Shown piece after piece: positions 25,723 to 36,786 of a stretch of DNA of 64,000 bases. The DNA is taken from positions 68,058 through 132,057 of the forward strand of contig JANRIU010000048.1 in the NCBI GenBank assembly GCA_033764615.1. The letters run 5' to 3'. The notes below the pieces were generated by a model, which did no database searches, was not told the DNA's origin, and saw only the letters and a program-made list of their open reading frames with translations. How positions within the stretch are numbered: position 1 is the first letter of the stretch; the number at the start of each line of letters is the position of its first letter. A program made the translations under genes and the position numbers. Source of the stretch: Gemmatimonadales bacterium (GTDB lineage Bacteria > Gemmatimonadota > Gemmatimonadetes > Gemmatimonadales > GWC2-71-9).

Positions 25723-27270
25723 TCACTCCCACTCGATCGTCGCCGGCGGCTTCGAGCTCACGTCGTACACCACGCGGTTCACCCCCGCCACCTCGTTCGC
25801 GATCCGGTTCGAGATGCGCGCGAGCACGTCCGGCGGGAACGGGAACCAGTCGGCCGTCATGCCGTCGCGGCTCGTCACCGCGCGTAGCGCGATCACCTGG
25901 TCGTAGCTCCGCCCGTCCCCCTGCACGCCCACCGAGCGGATCGGCAGCAGCACCGCGAACGCCTGCCAGATCTGGTCGTAGAGCCCGGCGGCGCGGATCT
26001 CCTCGAGGTAGATGTGGTCCGCCTTCCGCAGCACGTCGAGCGCGCCGCGCTCCACCGCGCCGAGGATGCGGATCGCGAGCCCGGGCCCGGGGAACGGGTG
26101 GCGCCCCACCATCTCCTCGGGGAGGCCGAGGTCGCGGCCGACGGCGCGCACCTCGTCCTTGAACAGCTCGCGCAGCGGCTCGATGAGGCGGAACGGCAGC
26201 TTCTCCGGGAGCCCGCCCACGTTGTGGTGCGTCTTGATCGTCACCGACGGGCCGCCCGTCGGCGAGAACGACTCGATGACGTCCGGATACAGCGTCCCCT
26301 GCACGAGCCAGCGCACGTTCCCGCCGACACCCGCCGCCGCCTCGGCGAAGGTGTCGATGAAGAGGTGGCCGATGCGCTTCCGCTTCTCCTCGGGGTCGGT
26401 GATGCCGGCGAGCGCGTCCAGGAAGCGTGCCGACGCGTCGACCACGCGCAGGTCGATGCCGAGGTGGCGGCGGAACATCGCCTCCACCTGCTCGCGCTCG
26501 TGCAGGCGCAGGAGGCCGTGGTCGACGAAGATGCAGGTCAGGCGGTCGCCGACGGCGCGGTGCACCAGCACCGCCGCCACCGACGAGTCGACGCCGCCCG
26601 AGAGGCCGCAGATCACCCGCTCGTCCGCGCCGACCTGCTCGCGCAGATTCGCCACCTCGGTCTCGATGAAGTGGCCCGGCGTCCAGTCGGCCGGGCAGCC
26701 GCAGACGTCGAACAGGAACGCGGCGAGCAGCTCGCCGCCGCGCGGCGTGTGCGCCACCTCGGGGTGGAACTGGAGGCCGTGCAGCGGCTTCGACTCGTGC
26801 TGCATCGCCGCCACCGGCGAGTTCACGCTCGACGCCGTCACCACGTACCCCGGCGGCGCGGTGTCGACATGGTCGCCGTGGCTCATCCAGACCGGCGTCT
26901 CCTCCCCCTCGGCGAAGGCGCGGAAGAGCGTCCCCCCCGCCACGCGGAGCTGTGCGCGGCCGTACTCGCGCCGGCTCGCGCGCGTGACGCGCCCGCCCGA
27001 GAGCTGCGCGAGCAGCTGCATGCCGTAGCAGAGGCCGAGCACCGGGACGCCGAGCTCGAGCAGCCCGGGGTCGGCGGTCGGCACGTTCTCGCCGTAGACC
27101 GAGTTCGGCCCGCCCGAGAGGATGATCCCCCGCGGCTGCCACGCCCGGATCCACTCGAGCGTGCGGCTCGGCGGGTGGATCTCGCAGTACACGTGCGCCT
27201 CGCGCACCCGGCGCGCGATGAGCTGGGTGTACTGGGAGCCGAAGTCGATGATGAGGATGCCGTTGGGCAT
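25723..27270 (-). CDS. guaA: GMP synthase (glutamine-hydrolysing)
   Basis: GATase ([11 protein letters not shown]) plus ATP-PPase SGGVDSS, ending KPPATIEWE. 515 aa from [16 protein letters not shown]. Confidence 0.95.
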   Translation of the reverse strand: MPNGILIIDFGSQYTQLIARRVREAHVYCEIHPPSRTLEWIRAWQPRGIILSGGPNSVYGENVPTADPGLLELGVPVLGLCYGMQLLAQLSGGRVTRASRREYGRAQLRVAGGTLFRAFAEGEETPVWMSHGDHVDTAPPGYVVTASSVNSPVAAMQHESKPLHGLQFHPEVAHTPRGGELLAAFLFDVCGCPADWTPGHFIETEVANLREQVGADERVICGLSGGVDSSVAAVLVHRAVGDRLTCIFVDHGLLRLHEREQVEAMFRRHLGIDLRVVDASARFLDALAGITDPEEKRKRIGHLFIDTFAEAAAGVGGNVRWLVQGTLYPDVIESFSPTGGPSVTIKTHHNVGGLPEKLPFRLIEPLRELFKDEVRAVGRDLGLPEEMVGRHPFPGPGLAIRILGAVERGALDVLRKADHIYLEEIRAAGLYDQIWQAFAVLLPIRSVGVQGDGRSYDQVIALRAVTSRDGMTADWFPFPPDVLARISNRIANEVAGVNRVVYDVSSKPPATIEWE

Positions 27271-27323
27271 GGGGGGCTTGGGGCTGGGGGCTTGGGGCTG
27301 GGGGCGCTCGGGCGACCCGCGAC

Positions 27324-28613
27324 CTACGACTCGAGACCCTCTTCGCACTGCAGCAGCTCGTCCACCGTCTCGCGGCGCCGGATGAGCCGGTGCGCGCCAC
27401 CGTCCACCGCCACCTCGGGCGGGCGCGGGCGGGCGTTGTACGTCGACGCCATGCTGAAGCCGTAGGCGCCGGCGCACAGCACGGCGAGCAGGTCGCCGCG
27501 GGCGACGGGGGGCGTGTCGCGATCCAGCGCGAGGAAGTCGCCCGTCTCGCAGACTGGGCCAACGACGCTCGCCGGCGTCTCCGCCGCGCCCTCGACGGCC
27601 GCCCGCACCGGGACGATCTCGTGCCAGGCGCGGTAGTAGCTCGGGCGCACGAGGTCGTTCTTCCCCGCGTCGACGATGACGTAGCGCGTGCCGCCGCTCT
27701 GCTTCAGGTATTCCACCCGCGTGAGCAGCACGCCGGCCGGCCCCGCGATGAAGCGCCCCGGCTCCAGCAGCACGAAGCAGCCGGACGCGCGGAGCAGCGG
27801 CACCACCGCGGCGCGCCACGCCGCGAGGTCGGCCGGCGCCTCGTCGCGGTAGCGGATGCCGAGCCCGCCGCCGATGTCGAGCGCGCGCGTCGTCTCGCGC
27901 GCGCGGCCCGGCAACGCATCCCGCAGCGCGATCACCCGCTCCACCGCCGCCGCGAACGGCGCCACGTCCACGATCTGGCTGCCGATGTGCATCGCGAGCG
28001 CGCCGAGCGTGAGCTGCGGCGCGCGGTTCACCAGCTCGGCGGCCTCGCCCACCACGTCGAGCGGGACGCCGAACTTGTCGCCCCGCTTGCCGGTGGATAT
28101 GTACGGGTGCGTCTCCGCCTGCACCTCGGGGTTCACGCGGATCCCCACCGTCGCGGGCCGGCCGAGCCGCGCGGCGACGTCGGCGAGCAGCTCCAGCTCG
28201 GCGACCGACTCCACGTTGATGAAGCCGACGCCGGCCTCCACGGCGCGCACCAGCTCCGCCTCGCGCTTGCCCACGCCGCTGAACACCACGTGCGCCGCGG
28301 GCATCCCCGCGCGCAGCGCGCGCGCGAGCTCGCCGCCGCTCACGATGTCGGCGCCCGCACCGAGCTCGTGCAGGAGGCGCAGCACCGCGAGGTTGCCGTT
28401 GCACTTCACCGAGAAGCAGATGCGGTGCGGCACGCCGTCGAGCGCGGCGGTGAGCAGCCCGAAGCGGCGGCGGAGCGTGGGGAACGAGTACACGTACGCC
28501 GGCGTCCCGTGCGCCGCCGCCACCTCCGAGAGCCGCACGCCGCCGAACACGAGCTCCCCGCCGACGCGCTCGAGCCCCGCGTCCTCGAACAGCGCGTCGC
28601 GATACGCGGGCAT
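27324..28613 (-). CDS. lysA: diaminopimelate decarboxylase
   Basis: [13 protein letters not shown] (PLP lysine), HIGSQ, DIGGGLG, EPGR, CETGD, GAY. Confidence 0.9.
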   Translation of the reverse strand: MPAYRDALFEDAGLERVGGELVFGGVRLSEVAAAHGTPAYVYSFPTLRRRFGLLTAALDGVPHRICFSVKCNGNLAVLRLLHELGAGADIVSGGELARALRAGMPAAHVVFSGVGKREAELVRAVEAGVGFINVESVAELELLADVAARLGRPATVGIRVNPEVQAETHPYISTGKRGDKFGVPLDVVGEAAELVNRAPQLTLGALAMHIGSQIVDVAPFAAAVERVIALRDALPGRARETTRALDIGGGLGIRYRDEAPADLAAWRAAVVPLLRASGCFVLLEPGRFIAGPAGVLLTRVEYLKQSGGTRYVIVDAGKNDLVRPSYYRAWHEIVPVRAAVEGAAETPASVVGPVCETGDFLALDRDTPPVARGDLLAVLCAGAYGFSMASTYNARPRPPEVAVDGGAHRLIRRRETVDELLQCEEGLES

Positions 28614-28645
28614 GGCCACCGGCCCGCCGGCCCGCCGGCCCTCCG

Positions 28646-30094
28646 TCAGTACGCCTTCGCCCACACCGCCTCCGCCACCGCCGGCCGCCCGGTCCAGATG
28701 CAGGTCGCCGGCGCCTCGGGCGAGCGGAACTCCGCGTCGGGGAGGACGCGGATCGTCGCCTTGGTCTGCTCCTTGATCTCCGCCTCCACCGCGGGGTCGC
28801 CGCAGAAGCCGGCGTAGACGAAGCCGCCGTCGCCCTGGAGGAAGTCGATGAACTCCTGCTTCGAGCGCGGGCCGCGGAGCGTCGCCGCCTCGCGCCGCGC
28901 CTTCGCGGCGTCGAACAGTGCCTGCTGCATCGCGTCGGCCTCGGCGAGCATCCGCTCGGCGAGCCCCGCCTGCGGCACCGGCTCCTTCTTCCCGCCGGTG
29001 CGGCGCGCAAGCATGACGGTGTCGGCCGCCACGTCCCGCGGGCCGACCTCCAGGCGGAACGGCACGCCGCGCGCCTCCCACTCGTAGTACTTGGCGCCGG
29101 GCTTGAGGCCGTCCCGCGCGTCGACGTGCGTGCGCACGTTGGCGGCCCAGAGCTGCTTGCGCAGCCGCTCGGCGGCGTCGAGCACGGTGGCGCGCTCCTC
29201 GTCGCTCTTCCAGATCGGGACGATCACCACCTGGTACTGCGCGAGGCGCGGCGGGCAGACGAGGCCGGCGTCGTCGCCGTGCGTCATGATCAGGCCGCCG
29301 ATCATGCGCGTCGACACGCCCCACGACGTGTTCCACACGTAGTCCAGGCCGCCCTCGGGCGTCTGGAACTTCACGTCGAACGCCTTGGCGAAGTTCTGGC
29401 CGAGGTTGTGGCTCGTGCCGGCCTGCAGCGCCTTGCGGTCCTGCATCATCGCCTCGCACGCGTAGGTGCGGAGCGCGCCGGCGAACTTCTCGCTCTCGGT
29501 CTTGCGGCCGGTGATCACCGGCATCGCCATCCACTCCTCCATGAAGCGCCGGTAGACGCCGAGCATCAGCAGCGTCTCCTCCTCGGCCTCCGCCTCCGTG
29601 GCATGGGCGGTGTGCCCCTCCTGCCAGAGGAACTCGGTGGTGCGGAGGAACATGCGCGTGCGCAGCTCCCAGCGGACGACGTTCGCCCACTGGTTGAGCT
29701 TGAGCGGGAGGTCGCGCCAGGACTGGATCCACTTGGCGTACATCGAGTAGATGATCGTCTCGGAGGTCGGGCGCACGACGAGCGGCTCGTCGAGCTGCTT
29801 GCCGCCGCCGTGCGTGACGACCGCCGTCTCGGGCGCGAACCCCTCGACGTGCTGCGCCTCCTTCGAGAGGAACGACTGCGGGATGAAGAGCGGGAAGTAC
29901 GCGTTCTGGTGGCCGGTCTCCTTGAACATCCGGTCCAGCGCGCGCTGCATCTCCTCCCAGATGGCGTAGCCGTTGGGCCGGATCACCATGCAGCCGCGCA
30001 CCGGGCTGTAGTCGGCGAGCTCGGCCTTCATGATGAGCTGGTTGTACCACTCGCTGAAGTCGGTGGCGCGGGGCGTGAGGGCCTTGTCGGTCAC
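28646..30094 (-). CDS. proS: proline--tRNA ligase (archaeal/eukaryote-like type)
   Basis: [32 protein letters not shown], class II motifs, C-terminal ..WAKAY. GTG start. Confidence 0.93.
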   Translation of the reverse strand: MTDKALTPRATDFSEWYNQLIMKAELADYSPVRGCMVIRPNGYAIWEEMQRALDRMFKETGHQNAYFPLFIPQSFLSKEAQHVEGFAPETAVVTHGGGKQLDEPLVVRPTSETIIYSMYAKWIQSWRDLPLKLNQWANVVRWELRTRMFLRTTEFLWQEGHTAHATEAEAEEETLLMLGVYRRFMEEWMAMPVITGRKTESEKFAGALRTYACEAMMQDRKALQAGTSHNLGQNFAKAFDVKFQTPEGGLDYVWNTSWGVSTRMIGGLIMTHGDDAGLVCPPRLAQYQVVIVPIWKSDEERATVLDAAERLRKQLWAANVRTHVDARDGLKPGAKYYEWEARGVPFRLEVGPRDVAADTVMLARRTGGKKEPVPQAGLAERMLAEADAMQQALFDAAKARREAATLRGPRSKQEFIDFLQGDGGFVYAGFCGDPAVEAEIKEQTKATIRVLPDAEFRSPEAPATCIWTGRPAVAEAVWAKAY

Positions 30095-30137
30095 GAGGGC
30101 GTCGCGGGTCGGAGGTCGGGGGTCGCGGGTCGGGGGC

Positions 30138-31463
30138 TCAGGCCTGCGGCCCGCGACCCGCGACCGTCGTCCCGCCCAGCGCCGCCGCGATCTCGGCGGC
30201 GGCGGTGGCGGCGGGGAGGGCGCGCTGCTGCTTGGCGGCGAGGTCCTTGAGCATCACGGTGCCCGCCGCACGGTCGTCCGGGCCGATGACGACGGCGAGC
30301 CTGGCGCCGCGCGCGTCGGCGAGCTTCAGCTGCTTCGGCAGCGACTGCCCGCCGAGCGCGTACTCGGTGCGGCAGCCGTGGTCGCGGAGCGCGCGCGCGA
30401 GCGCGAGCACGTGCGGCTCGTCCTCCGGCGTCACGGCCGCCACGAACACGTCCACCACGCGGCTCCCGGCCGGCGCGAGGCCGCGCTCCTTGAGCAGCTC
30501 GCCGAGCACCACGTCGCCCATGCCGAAGCCGACGCACGGCAGGTCCACGCCGCCGAGCGCGAGGACGAGCCCGTCATAGCGGCCGCCGCCGCAGATGGCG
30601 CGGAGCGAGCGGCCGGCGTCGAACAGCTCGAAGACGGTGCCGGTGTAGTAGGCGAGGCCGCGGACGATCGTCACGTCCACGTCGACGAACGCGCCGAGGC
30701 CCATCGCCTCCAGCGCGCCGATCACGCGGGCGAGCGGGACGTCGGTGGAGGGCGCGAGGCCGAGCGCCGCGCGCACCTCGGGGAGCGTGCGCACGCGACC
30801 CGCCGCCTGCAGCCGCTCGAGCACCGCGACGTCGCCGCCCGCGGCCACGAACTGGGCCTGCGCGCCGCCGAACTCCGCGCGGCCGAGCTTGTCGATCGCC
30901 TGGTAGGCGTGCGGGCGCGCCGCCTCGGGGACGGCCGCGGCGTCGAGCGCCTCGTTGAGCAGCCGCCGGTCCGACAGCCGCACCCGGATGTCGCCGGGCC
31001 CGAGCCCGAGCTCGCGCATGATGTCCACCGCGAGCGCGATCACCTCGGCGTCGGCCAGCGGGCCCGGCTCGCCGATGAGGTCGCAGTTGAGCTGGAAGTG
31101 CTCACGCAGGCGGCCGCGCTGCTGCCGCTCGTAGCGGAAGAGCTGCGGGATGGCGAACCAGCGGATCGGCTTCTTGAGCCCGTTCGCGCGCGCCGCGACC
31201 ATGCGGGCGAGCGTGGGCGTGAGCTCGGGACGCAGCGCCACTTCGCGCCCGCCCTTGTCGGTGAACGCGTAGAGCTGGCCGACGATCTCGTCGCCGCTCT
31301 TCTTCGTGTAGAGGTCGAGCGGTTCCAGCGGGGGGCCGTCCCACTCCTCGAAGCCGTAGCGCGCGGCCACCGCGCGGAACGCCCGGAAGAGGTGGGCGCG
31401 CAGGGCGAAGTCGTCGGGGTAGAAGTCCCGAAACCCCGGCAGGGCTTGCACTTGCATCGGCAC
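30138..31463 (-). CDS. hisS: histidine--tRNA ligase
   Basis: [22 protein letters not shown]-like ([16 protein letters not shown]), GGGRYD. Confidence 0.9.
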   Translation of the reverse strand: MPMQVQALPGFRDFYPDDFALRAHLFRAFRAVAARYGFEEWDGPPLEPLDLYTKKSGDEIVGQLYAFTDKGGREVALRPELTPTLARMVAARANGLKKPIRWFAIPQLFRYERQQRGRLREHFQLNCDLIGEPGPLADAEVIALAVDIMRELGLGPGDIRVRLSDRRLLNEALDAAAVPEAARPHAYQAIDKLGRAEFGGAQAQFVAAGGDVAVLERLQAAGRVRTLPEVRAALGLAPSTDVPLARVIGALEAMGLGAFVDVDVTIVRGLAYYTGTVFELFDAGRSLRAICGGGRYDGLVLALGGVDLPCVGFGMGDVVLGELLKERGLAPAGSRVVDVFVAAVTPEDEPHVLALARALRDHGCRTEYALGGQSLPKQLKLADARGARLAVVIGPDDRAAGTVMLKDLAAKQQRALPAATAAAEIAAALGGTTVAGRGPQA

Positions 31464-31767
31464 AAGATAACGGGAACGCCGCCCCCCGCCCCCGGCCGGG
31501 GGCCTCCCGGTTCAACTCACCGCCACGCGCCGCCGATAGGCCGGCAGGGACGCGGGCCGGCCCTCTCGCCGGAGCGCTGCCCGTGCGGTGCGCTCCCGGG
31601 CCTCGTGGAGGCCGCACTCGACGCCGCGAACCGGCAGCCGGGAACGCTCGCCACCGACTCCGGCTGCACGCGCGGGGGCCGTTGGGCGTTCGCGCGGAGC
31701 CCGATGCTCATCCAGATCCGTCCGCGGGAGTTCAAGGCACCGCGTCCCGGGGCCGATACCCGGCTTC

Positions 31768-33186
31768 ATGTCGTGCCGCCGAGCGTCGCTCGCCATCGCC
31801 ATCGCGATCGCCACCCGCTCCGGGGCCGGCGCCGCGCGCCTCGACGCACAGCAGGCGACCGCGTACCTGCCGCTCCGCTTTGACGAGCAGTGGACGGGGC
31901 GCGAGCGGCGCGACGTCACCGACGCGCTCAAGGACATCCCGCTCGGCCCGGGCGGGGTGCTGCGGCTCAATGTCGGCGGCCAGCTGCGCGCCCGCCGCGA
32001 GGGGTTCCGGAACTTCCTCGCGGGGATCGACGCCTCGCGCGGCACCACCGACGACGGCGTCACGCTCCTGCGCGCCCTGCTGCACGCCGACCTCACCGCG
32101 GGCCGCGTCGCGCGCGCGTTCGTCGAGGCCCGGCACGCCACCGCGAGCGCCAACGGCCTCCCCGCCTTCCGGCGCCCGTTCGACCGCGACGCGCTCGACC
32201 TGCAGAACGCCTTCCTCGAACTGCGGACGCCGTGGGAGGGGGCGACGCGCCTCGCGGTGCGCGCAGGCCGCCAGGAGCTCTCGCTCGGCAGCGAACGGAT
32301 CATCTCCACGCTCGACTGGGCCAATGCGCGCCGCGGCTGGGACGGCGTCACCGCCCGCGCCGCCCGGGGCGACCTGCAGCTGACCGCGTTCCGCGTGCGC
32401 CCCGTCTCCATCGGCGCCGCGACGGGCAACGCGACGATGGACTTCGACCTGCTGCAGGGGGCGTTCCTCACGATCGGCGCCGCGGGCGAGGCGCGCCGCT
32501 ACGAGGCGCACGCGATCCGCTACGAGCAGGTCATCGCCCCCGGGGCACCCGCCCGCTCGGCGGCGCACACCTTCTGGCACGTCGGCAGCCGCGTGGTGCA
32601 GCCGCTGCCGCTCCGGGCGATCCTCGAGGTGGAGGGTGCGCTGCAGCGCGGCCGCATCGACGGCTCGTACCCGCACCGCGCGTGGTTCGTCGCCAGCGAG
32701 CTCACGGCGCCGCTCCCCGCGCTGCCGTGGTCCCAGCGCCTCACCGCCGGCTTCGACATCGCCTCGGGCGACACGCTCGCCGGCGACGGCGTGCGCGGCA
32801 CCTACCGCCAGCTCTTCCCCGCCGTGCACACCTACCACGGCTACGGCGACCTGCTCGGCCGCGGCAACCTCATCGACGCGCGGCTCGTGTGGCGCGCCAG
32901 CCCCTCGCGCGCCGTGGAGCTTCGCGCCGCCGCCCACCACTTCCTGCGCGCGCAGGCGACCGACGGCGTGTTCGGCATCAACGCCGAGGTGCTCGTGCCG
33001 CGCGGCGTGCTCGGCCGCCAGCGCCACCTCGGCGACGAGCTGGACCTCACCGCCGCCTGGCGCGTCGGCCGCCACCTGCGCGTGGATGGTGGAATCGCCT
33101 GGTTCCGGCCCGGTGCCGCCCCGCGCGCCGCCGGCGTCACGCGCGACGTCGCGTGGGCCTTCTCGTCCGTCGCCGTCACCTTCTGA
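31768..33186 (+). CDS. alginate-export-family outer-membrane beta-barrel
   Basis: Signal peptide, GRQELSLGSERIISTLDWANARRGWDG core motif, terminal aromatic residue (..VAVTF). Start at MSCRRASLAIA within track ORF 31588..33186. Confidence 0.65.
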   Translation: MSCRRASLAIAIAIATRSGAGAARLDAQQATAYLPLRFDEQWTGRERRDVTDALKDIPLGPGGVLRLNVGGQLRARREGFRNFLAGIDASRGTTDDGVTLLRALLHADLTAGRVARAFVEARHATASANGLPAFRRPFDRDALDLQNAFLELRTPWEGATRLAVRAGRQELSLGSERIISTLDWANARRGWDGVTARAARGDLQLTAFRVRPVSIGAATGNATMDFDLLQGAFLTIGAAGEARRYEAHAIRYEQVIAPGAPARSAAHTFWHVGSRVVQPLPLRAILEVEGALQRGRIDGSYPHRAWFVASELTAPLPALPWSQRLTAGFDIASGDTLAGDGVRGTYRQLFPAVHTYHGYGDLLGRGNLIDARLVWRASPSRAVELRAAAHHFLRAQATDGVFGINAEVLVPRGVLGRQRHLGDELDLTAAWRVGRHLRVDGGIAWFRPGAAPRAAGVTRDVAWAFSSVAVTF

Positions 33187-33236
33187 TCCCGGCGACGCCG
33201 CGCCCGCGGCACCGGCGGGGGCGCACGCCGGCCGAG

Positions 33237-34478
33237 CTAGACCGGCTGGAGGCCGAGCGCCTCCATCACGTCGCCGACGGTGTGGAAGGAGCCGGTCACG
33301 AGCATCGTGCCGGCACCCTGCTGGACGCGGGCGAGCGCCTCCCGGAAGTCGGGCACCAGGTGCCACTCGGCGCGCGCCGGCGGCCGCTCCGATGCGAGCC
33401 AGCGGCGCAGCCAGTCGATGTCCCAGCCGCGCGCGGCCGCCGTCGGCGCCAGCGTGAGCACGCCGACGTCGATCCCCTGGTCGAGCGCCACCAGCATCTC
33501 CGGCCACTCCTTGTCCCCCAGGATCGAGACGAGCGCATGCACCGGCCCCGGCGGCCGCAGGTCGGCGAGCGCCCCCACCAGGGTCCGCATGCCGTCGGGG
33601 TTGTGCGCGACGTCGAAGAGCCAGCGCCCCCGCCGGTCGAGCCGGCCGGGGATCCGCGCCCGCGCGAAGCCGGCCGCGATCGCCGCGTCGTCCGGGCGCC
33701 AGGGCGCGGGCAGCGCGGCGAGCAGCGCATGCGCCACCGCGGCGTTCCGCCGCTGGTGCGGGCCGAGCAGCGCGAGCGAACCCTCCCACCGCGCCTCCTG
33801 CGGCACCACCCGCGCGTCGAGCGCGGCGCCGGGCGCCGCCGCCGTCACCGCCTCCTGCCCCACCCGCCGCAGCACGTCCACGATGCCCGGCCGCGTCTCG
33901 CCGATGACGAACGGCGCGCCCGGCTTCGCGATCCACGCCTTCTCGGTGGCGATGAGCTCGAGCGTGTCGCCCAGGTACTTGAGGTGGTCGAGCTCCACCT
34001 TCGTCACGCAGCTCGCGAGCGGCTGCACGACGTTCGTGCTGTCGAGGCGGCCCCCCATCCCCACCTCCACCACCGCGATGTCGGCGCGGCGCGCGGCGAA
34101 GTCGGCGAAGGCGATCGCGGTCGTCGCCTCGAAGAAGGTGGCCTGCCGCGCCTCCATGAGCGGCCGCAGCCGCTCCGTCCACGCGGCGACCGCGTCCTCG
34201 GTGATCGGCACGCCGTCCACCAGGATGCGCTCGCGGAAGCTGACGAGGTGCGGCGAGGTGTAGAGCCCCACGCGCCAGCCCGCGGCGCGGAGCGCCTCCG
34301 CGACGAGCGTGGAGACGGAGCCCTTGCCGTTGGTGCCGCCGACGTGGACGCACGGCAGCGCGCGATGCGGCTCGCCCAGCTCGGCGAGCAGCGCGCGCGT
34401 CGTGTCCAGCCCGAACTTGATGGTGGTGGTGCGGGGGAACAGGTACTCCAGCGCCGCGGCATACCCGGCGGCCGACAT
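33237..34478 (-). CDS. folC: bifunctional folylpolyglutamate synthase/dihydrofolate synthase
   Basis: VHVGGTNGKGS P-loop, YTSPHL, Mur-ligase architecture. Lies downstream of accD, as in many bacteria. Confidence 0.9.
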   Translation of the reverse strand: MSAAGYAAALEYLFPRTTTIKFGLDTTRALLAELGEPHRALPCVHVGGTNGKGSVSTLVAEALRAAGWRVGLYTSPHLVSFRERILVDGVPITEDAVAAWTERLRPLMEARQATFFEATTAIAFADFAARRADIAVVEVGMGGRLDSTNVVQPLASCVTKVELDHLKYLGDTLELIATEKAWIAKPGAPFVIGETRPGIVDVLRRVGQEAVTAAAPGAALDARVVPQEARWEGSLALLGPHQRRNAAVAHALLAALPAPWRPDDAAIAAGFARARIPGRLDRRGRWLFDVAHNPDGMRTLVGALADLRPPGPVHALVSILGDKEWPEMLVALDQGIDVGVLTLAPTAAARGWDIDWLRRWLASERPPARAEWHLVPDFREALARVQQGAGTMLVTGSFHTVGDVMEALGLQPV

Positions 34479-34482
34479 CGCC

Positions 34483-35367
34483 TCAGGCGAGGTCGGCCGC
34501 GGGCTCCGGACGGGCGAGCTTCTTCTGCCCGCCCATGTGCCGCAGGAGGCGCGACGTCGTCTCCTTCATCGCGCCACGCGGCACCACGTCATCGATCTGG
34601 CCCTTCTCCAGCAGGAACTCGGCGGTCTGGAAGCCGTCCGGCAGGTCCTGGCCGATCGTCTGCTTGATCACGCGCTGACCCGCGAAGCCGATCACGGCAC
34701 CCGGCTCGGCGAGGATCACGTCGCCCTGCATCGCGAAGCTCGCGGAGACGCCACCCGTGGTCGGATCGGTGAGGATGCTGATGTACGGCACCGCCGCCCG
34801 GTGCAGCTGGGCGATGGCGGCCGACGTCTTGGCCATCTGCATGAGGGAGACGAGCCCCTCGTGCATCCGCGCGCCGCCCGAGGCGCACACGAGCACGAGC
34901 GGCAGCTTCTTCTCGAGCGAGCGGCGGGCCAGCCGCGCGATCTTCTCGCCGACGACGGCGCCCATCGACCCGCCGAGGAACGCGAAGTTCATCACGCCGA
35001 GATGGAACGGCAGGCCGTCCATCTTGGCGAGGCCGGTGAACATCGCGTCCTGGGTGCCGGTCCGCTGCCGGGTGGCGTCCAGCCGCTGCTGGTACTGGGG
35101 GAAGTGCAGCGCGTCGACGGCGCGCAGGTCGGGCCAGAGCTCCTTCCAGGAGCCCGCGTCGGTCAGCAACGCGATGTACTCCTCCGCGCCGATCCGGCGA
35201 TGCCGCCCGCACTCCGGACAGACATTCCAGTTCCGCTCGAACTTCTCGCGGATGTCGAGGTGACCGCAGCCGTCACACTTCTCCCACGCATCCGCCGGAA
35301 TCTCGAGGCGGGTACGATCGGCGGTCCGAGGCTTCCGTTCCTTCTTGAACCAGGCCATCACGGCCAT
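34483..35367 (-). CDS. accD: acetyl-CoA carboxylase carboxyltransferase beta subunit
   Basis: Zinc ribbon CDGCGH...CPECG, then GGSMG and carboxyltransferase motifs. Start Met ambiguous (35367 or 35358). Confidence 0.9.
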   Translation of the reverse strand: MAVMAWFKKERKPRTADRTRLEIPADAWEKCDGCGHLDIREKFERNWNVCPECGRHRRIGAEEYIALLTDAGSWKELWPDLRAVDALHFPQYQQRLDATRQRTGTQDAMFTGLAKMDGLPFHLGVMNFAFLGGSMGAVVGEKIARLARRSLEKKLPLVLVCASGGARMHEGLVSLMQMAKTSAAIAQLHRAAVPYISILTDPTTGGVSASFAMQGDVILAEPGAVIGFAGQRVIKQTIGQDLPDGFQTAEFLLEKGQIDDVVPRGAMKETTSRLLRHMGGQKKLARPEPAADLA

Positions 35368-35541
35368 AGGGTCGTCACCTGGGGGAAGAGAGCGGTGGAC
35401 TATCGTCCACAAGGATGTGACAATCTGGTGCCGAACCCGGAACCGCGCCAGTCCTTGACACGCAAGATGTTACAGGACAATCACTTGCGGCGTCGCCGGA
35501 GGCTGACTGTGGCACCCCGCCCCACCTGTTGCGGCCTCGCG

Positions 35542-36786
35542 TCAGATGTCTGCCGCACCCGTCGCCCGGCTGTCCGCCGCCACCCGGAGGACGAGCCCAA
35601 GGCACCCCGCGACCACCACGAAGAATGACCCGCCGAACGAGAAGAACGGCAGCGGGATGCCCGTGATCGGCATCAGGTTCACGGTCATCCCCACGTTCTC
35701 GAAGACGTGGGTGAACAGGAGGCCGAGCACGCCGAAGGCCACCAGCGAGGCGAAGGGGTCGGACGCCCGCCGCGCGATGCGGAGCAGCTGCGTGAAGAGG
35801 TAGAGGAAGAGCGCCAGGGCGATCGCGACACCCAGGAAGCCGAGCTCCTCGCCCACGACCGAGAAGATGAAATCGGTATGCTGCTCGGGCAGGAAGGCGA
35901 GGCGCTTCTGCGGTCCCTGCGTCAGCCCCTTGCCGAAGAGCCCCGCGGAGCCGATCGCCACCTTCGACTGGATGGCGTGGTATCCCGCCCGCTGCGGATC
36001 CACCTCGGGGTTCAGGAAGGTGAGCAGCCGGTTCTGCTGGTACGGTGCAAGCTTCTCCCAGAGCGGGATGGCGATGATCCCCATCGCCACGTTGGCGAGG
36101 TAGACGATCACCGCGTCCAGCACGAACGGCCGCCACAGCACGATGAGCCCGAAGAGCAGCACCATCCAGCTTCCCCACCAGAGGGTGCTGAACGCGAGCA
36201 GCAGGCTCACCGCCGGCGAGGCGATGAACGCCAGCATCCGGGCGGGGACGCCGGCCCAGAACAGCATGGCGAAGAAGATGCCCACGAAGACGAGCGCCGA
36301 GCCGAGGTCGGGCTGCTTCATGACGAGCAGGAACGGCACGCCGATGATGAGGCACGGCTTCAGGAGGTCGCGCAGGGTGCGGGGCGGCTCGCGCAGGCCG
36401 CTCAGGTGCCGCGCCAGCAGCAGGATGCAGGCGACCTTCGCGAGCTCGGCGGGCTGGCCGAGCTTGACGCCCCCGACCGCGATCCACGACTTGCTGCTCG
36501 CCGCCGTGCCCGACCCGGTGCCGACCGCGAGCACGACGACGAGGAGCAGCGTGGCGATGCCGTAGAGGAGCGGCGCCGCCCATTCCAGCAGGCGCGGGGG
36601 CACGCGGCTCGCCGTGAGCATCGCGAGCACGCCGAGGCCGACCCAGAAGAACTGGCGGTACCAGACGCCGGCGGCGCGGGTCGGTACGTCGGTCTGGCCC
36701 GCCGAGTAGAGGGCGAGCAGCCCGAAGACGGTGAGCAGGCCGCTCGCGACGAGCAGCGGGCGGTCGGCCTCGCCCTGGCGCATCAT
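35542..36786 (-). CDS. rodA: rod shape-determining SEDS protein RodA
   Basis: 10-TM FtsW/RodA/SpoVE pattern (PEQHTDFIFSVVGEELGF, LPFFSFGGS). Overlaps the mrdA stop by 4 nt. Confidence 0.9.
   Translation of the reverse strand: MMRQGEADRPLLVASGLLTVFGLLALYSAGQTDVPTRAAGVWYRQFFWVGLGVLAMLTASRVPPRLLEWAAPLLYGIATLLLVVVLAVGTGSGTAASSKSWIAVGGVKLGQPAELAKVACILLLARHLSGLREPPRTLRDLLKPCLIIGVPFLLVMKQPDLGSALVFVGIFFAMLFWAGVPARMLAFIASPAVSLLLAFSTLWWGSWMVLLFGLIVLWRPFVLDAVIVYLANVAMGIIAIPLWEKLAPYQQNRLLTFLNPEVDPQRAGYHAIQSKVAIGSAGLFGKGLTQGPQKRLAFLPEQHTDFIFSVVGEELGFLGVAIALALFLYLFTQLLRIARRASDPFASLVAFGVLGLLFTHVFENVGMTVNLMPITGIPLPFFSFGGSFFVVVAGCLGLVLRVAADSRATGAADI

Noticed and set aside
27271-27304. G-rich 7-nt periodic repeat as a possible CRISPR or minisatellite
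   Set aside because: The repeat unit is only 7 nt with no spacers, and the total is about 34 nt. It is better described as a G-tract/G4 motif. No CRISPR-like repeat-spacer arrays appear anywhere in the window.
35413-35541. accD-rodA intergenic region and other spacers screened for tRNA or small-RNA genes
   Set aside because: I could not trace any cloverleaf-compatible acceptor or T-arm pattern. Nothing supports an RNA gene call without covariance-model tools.
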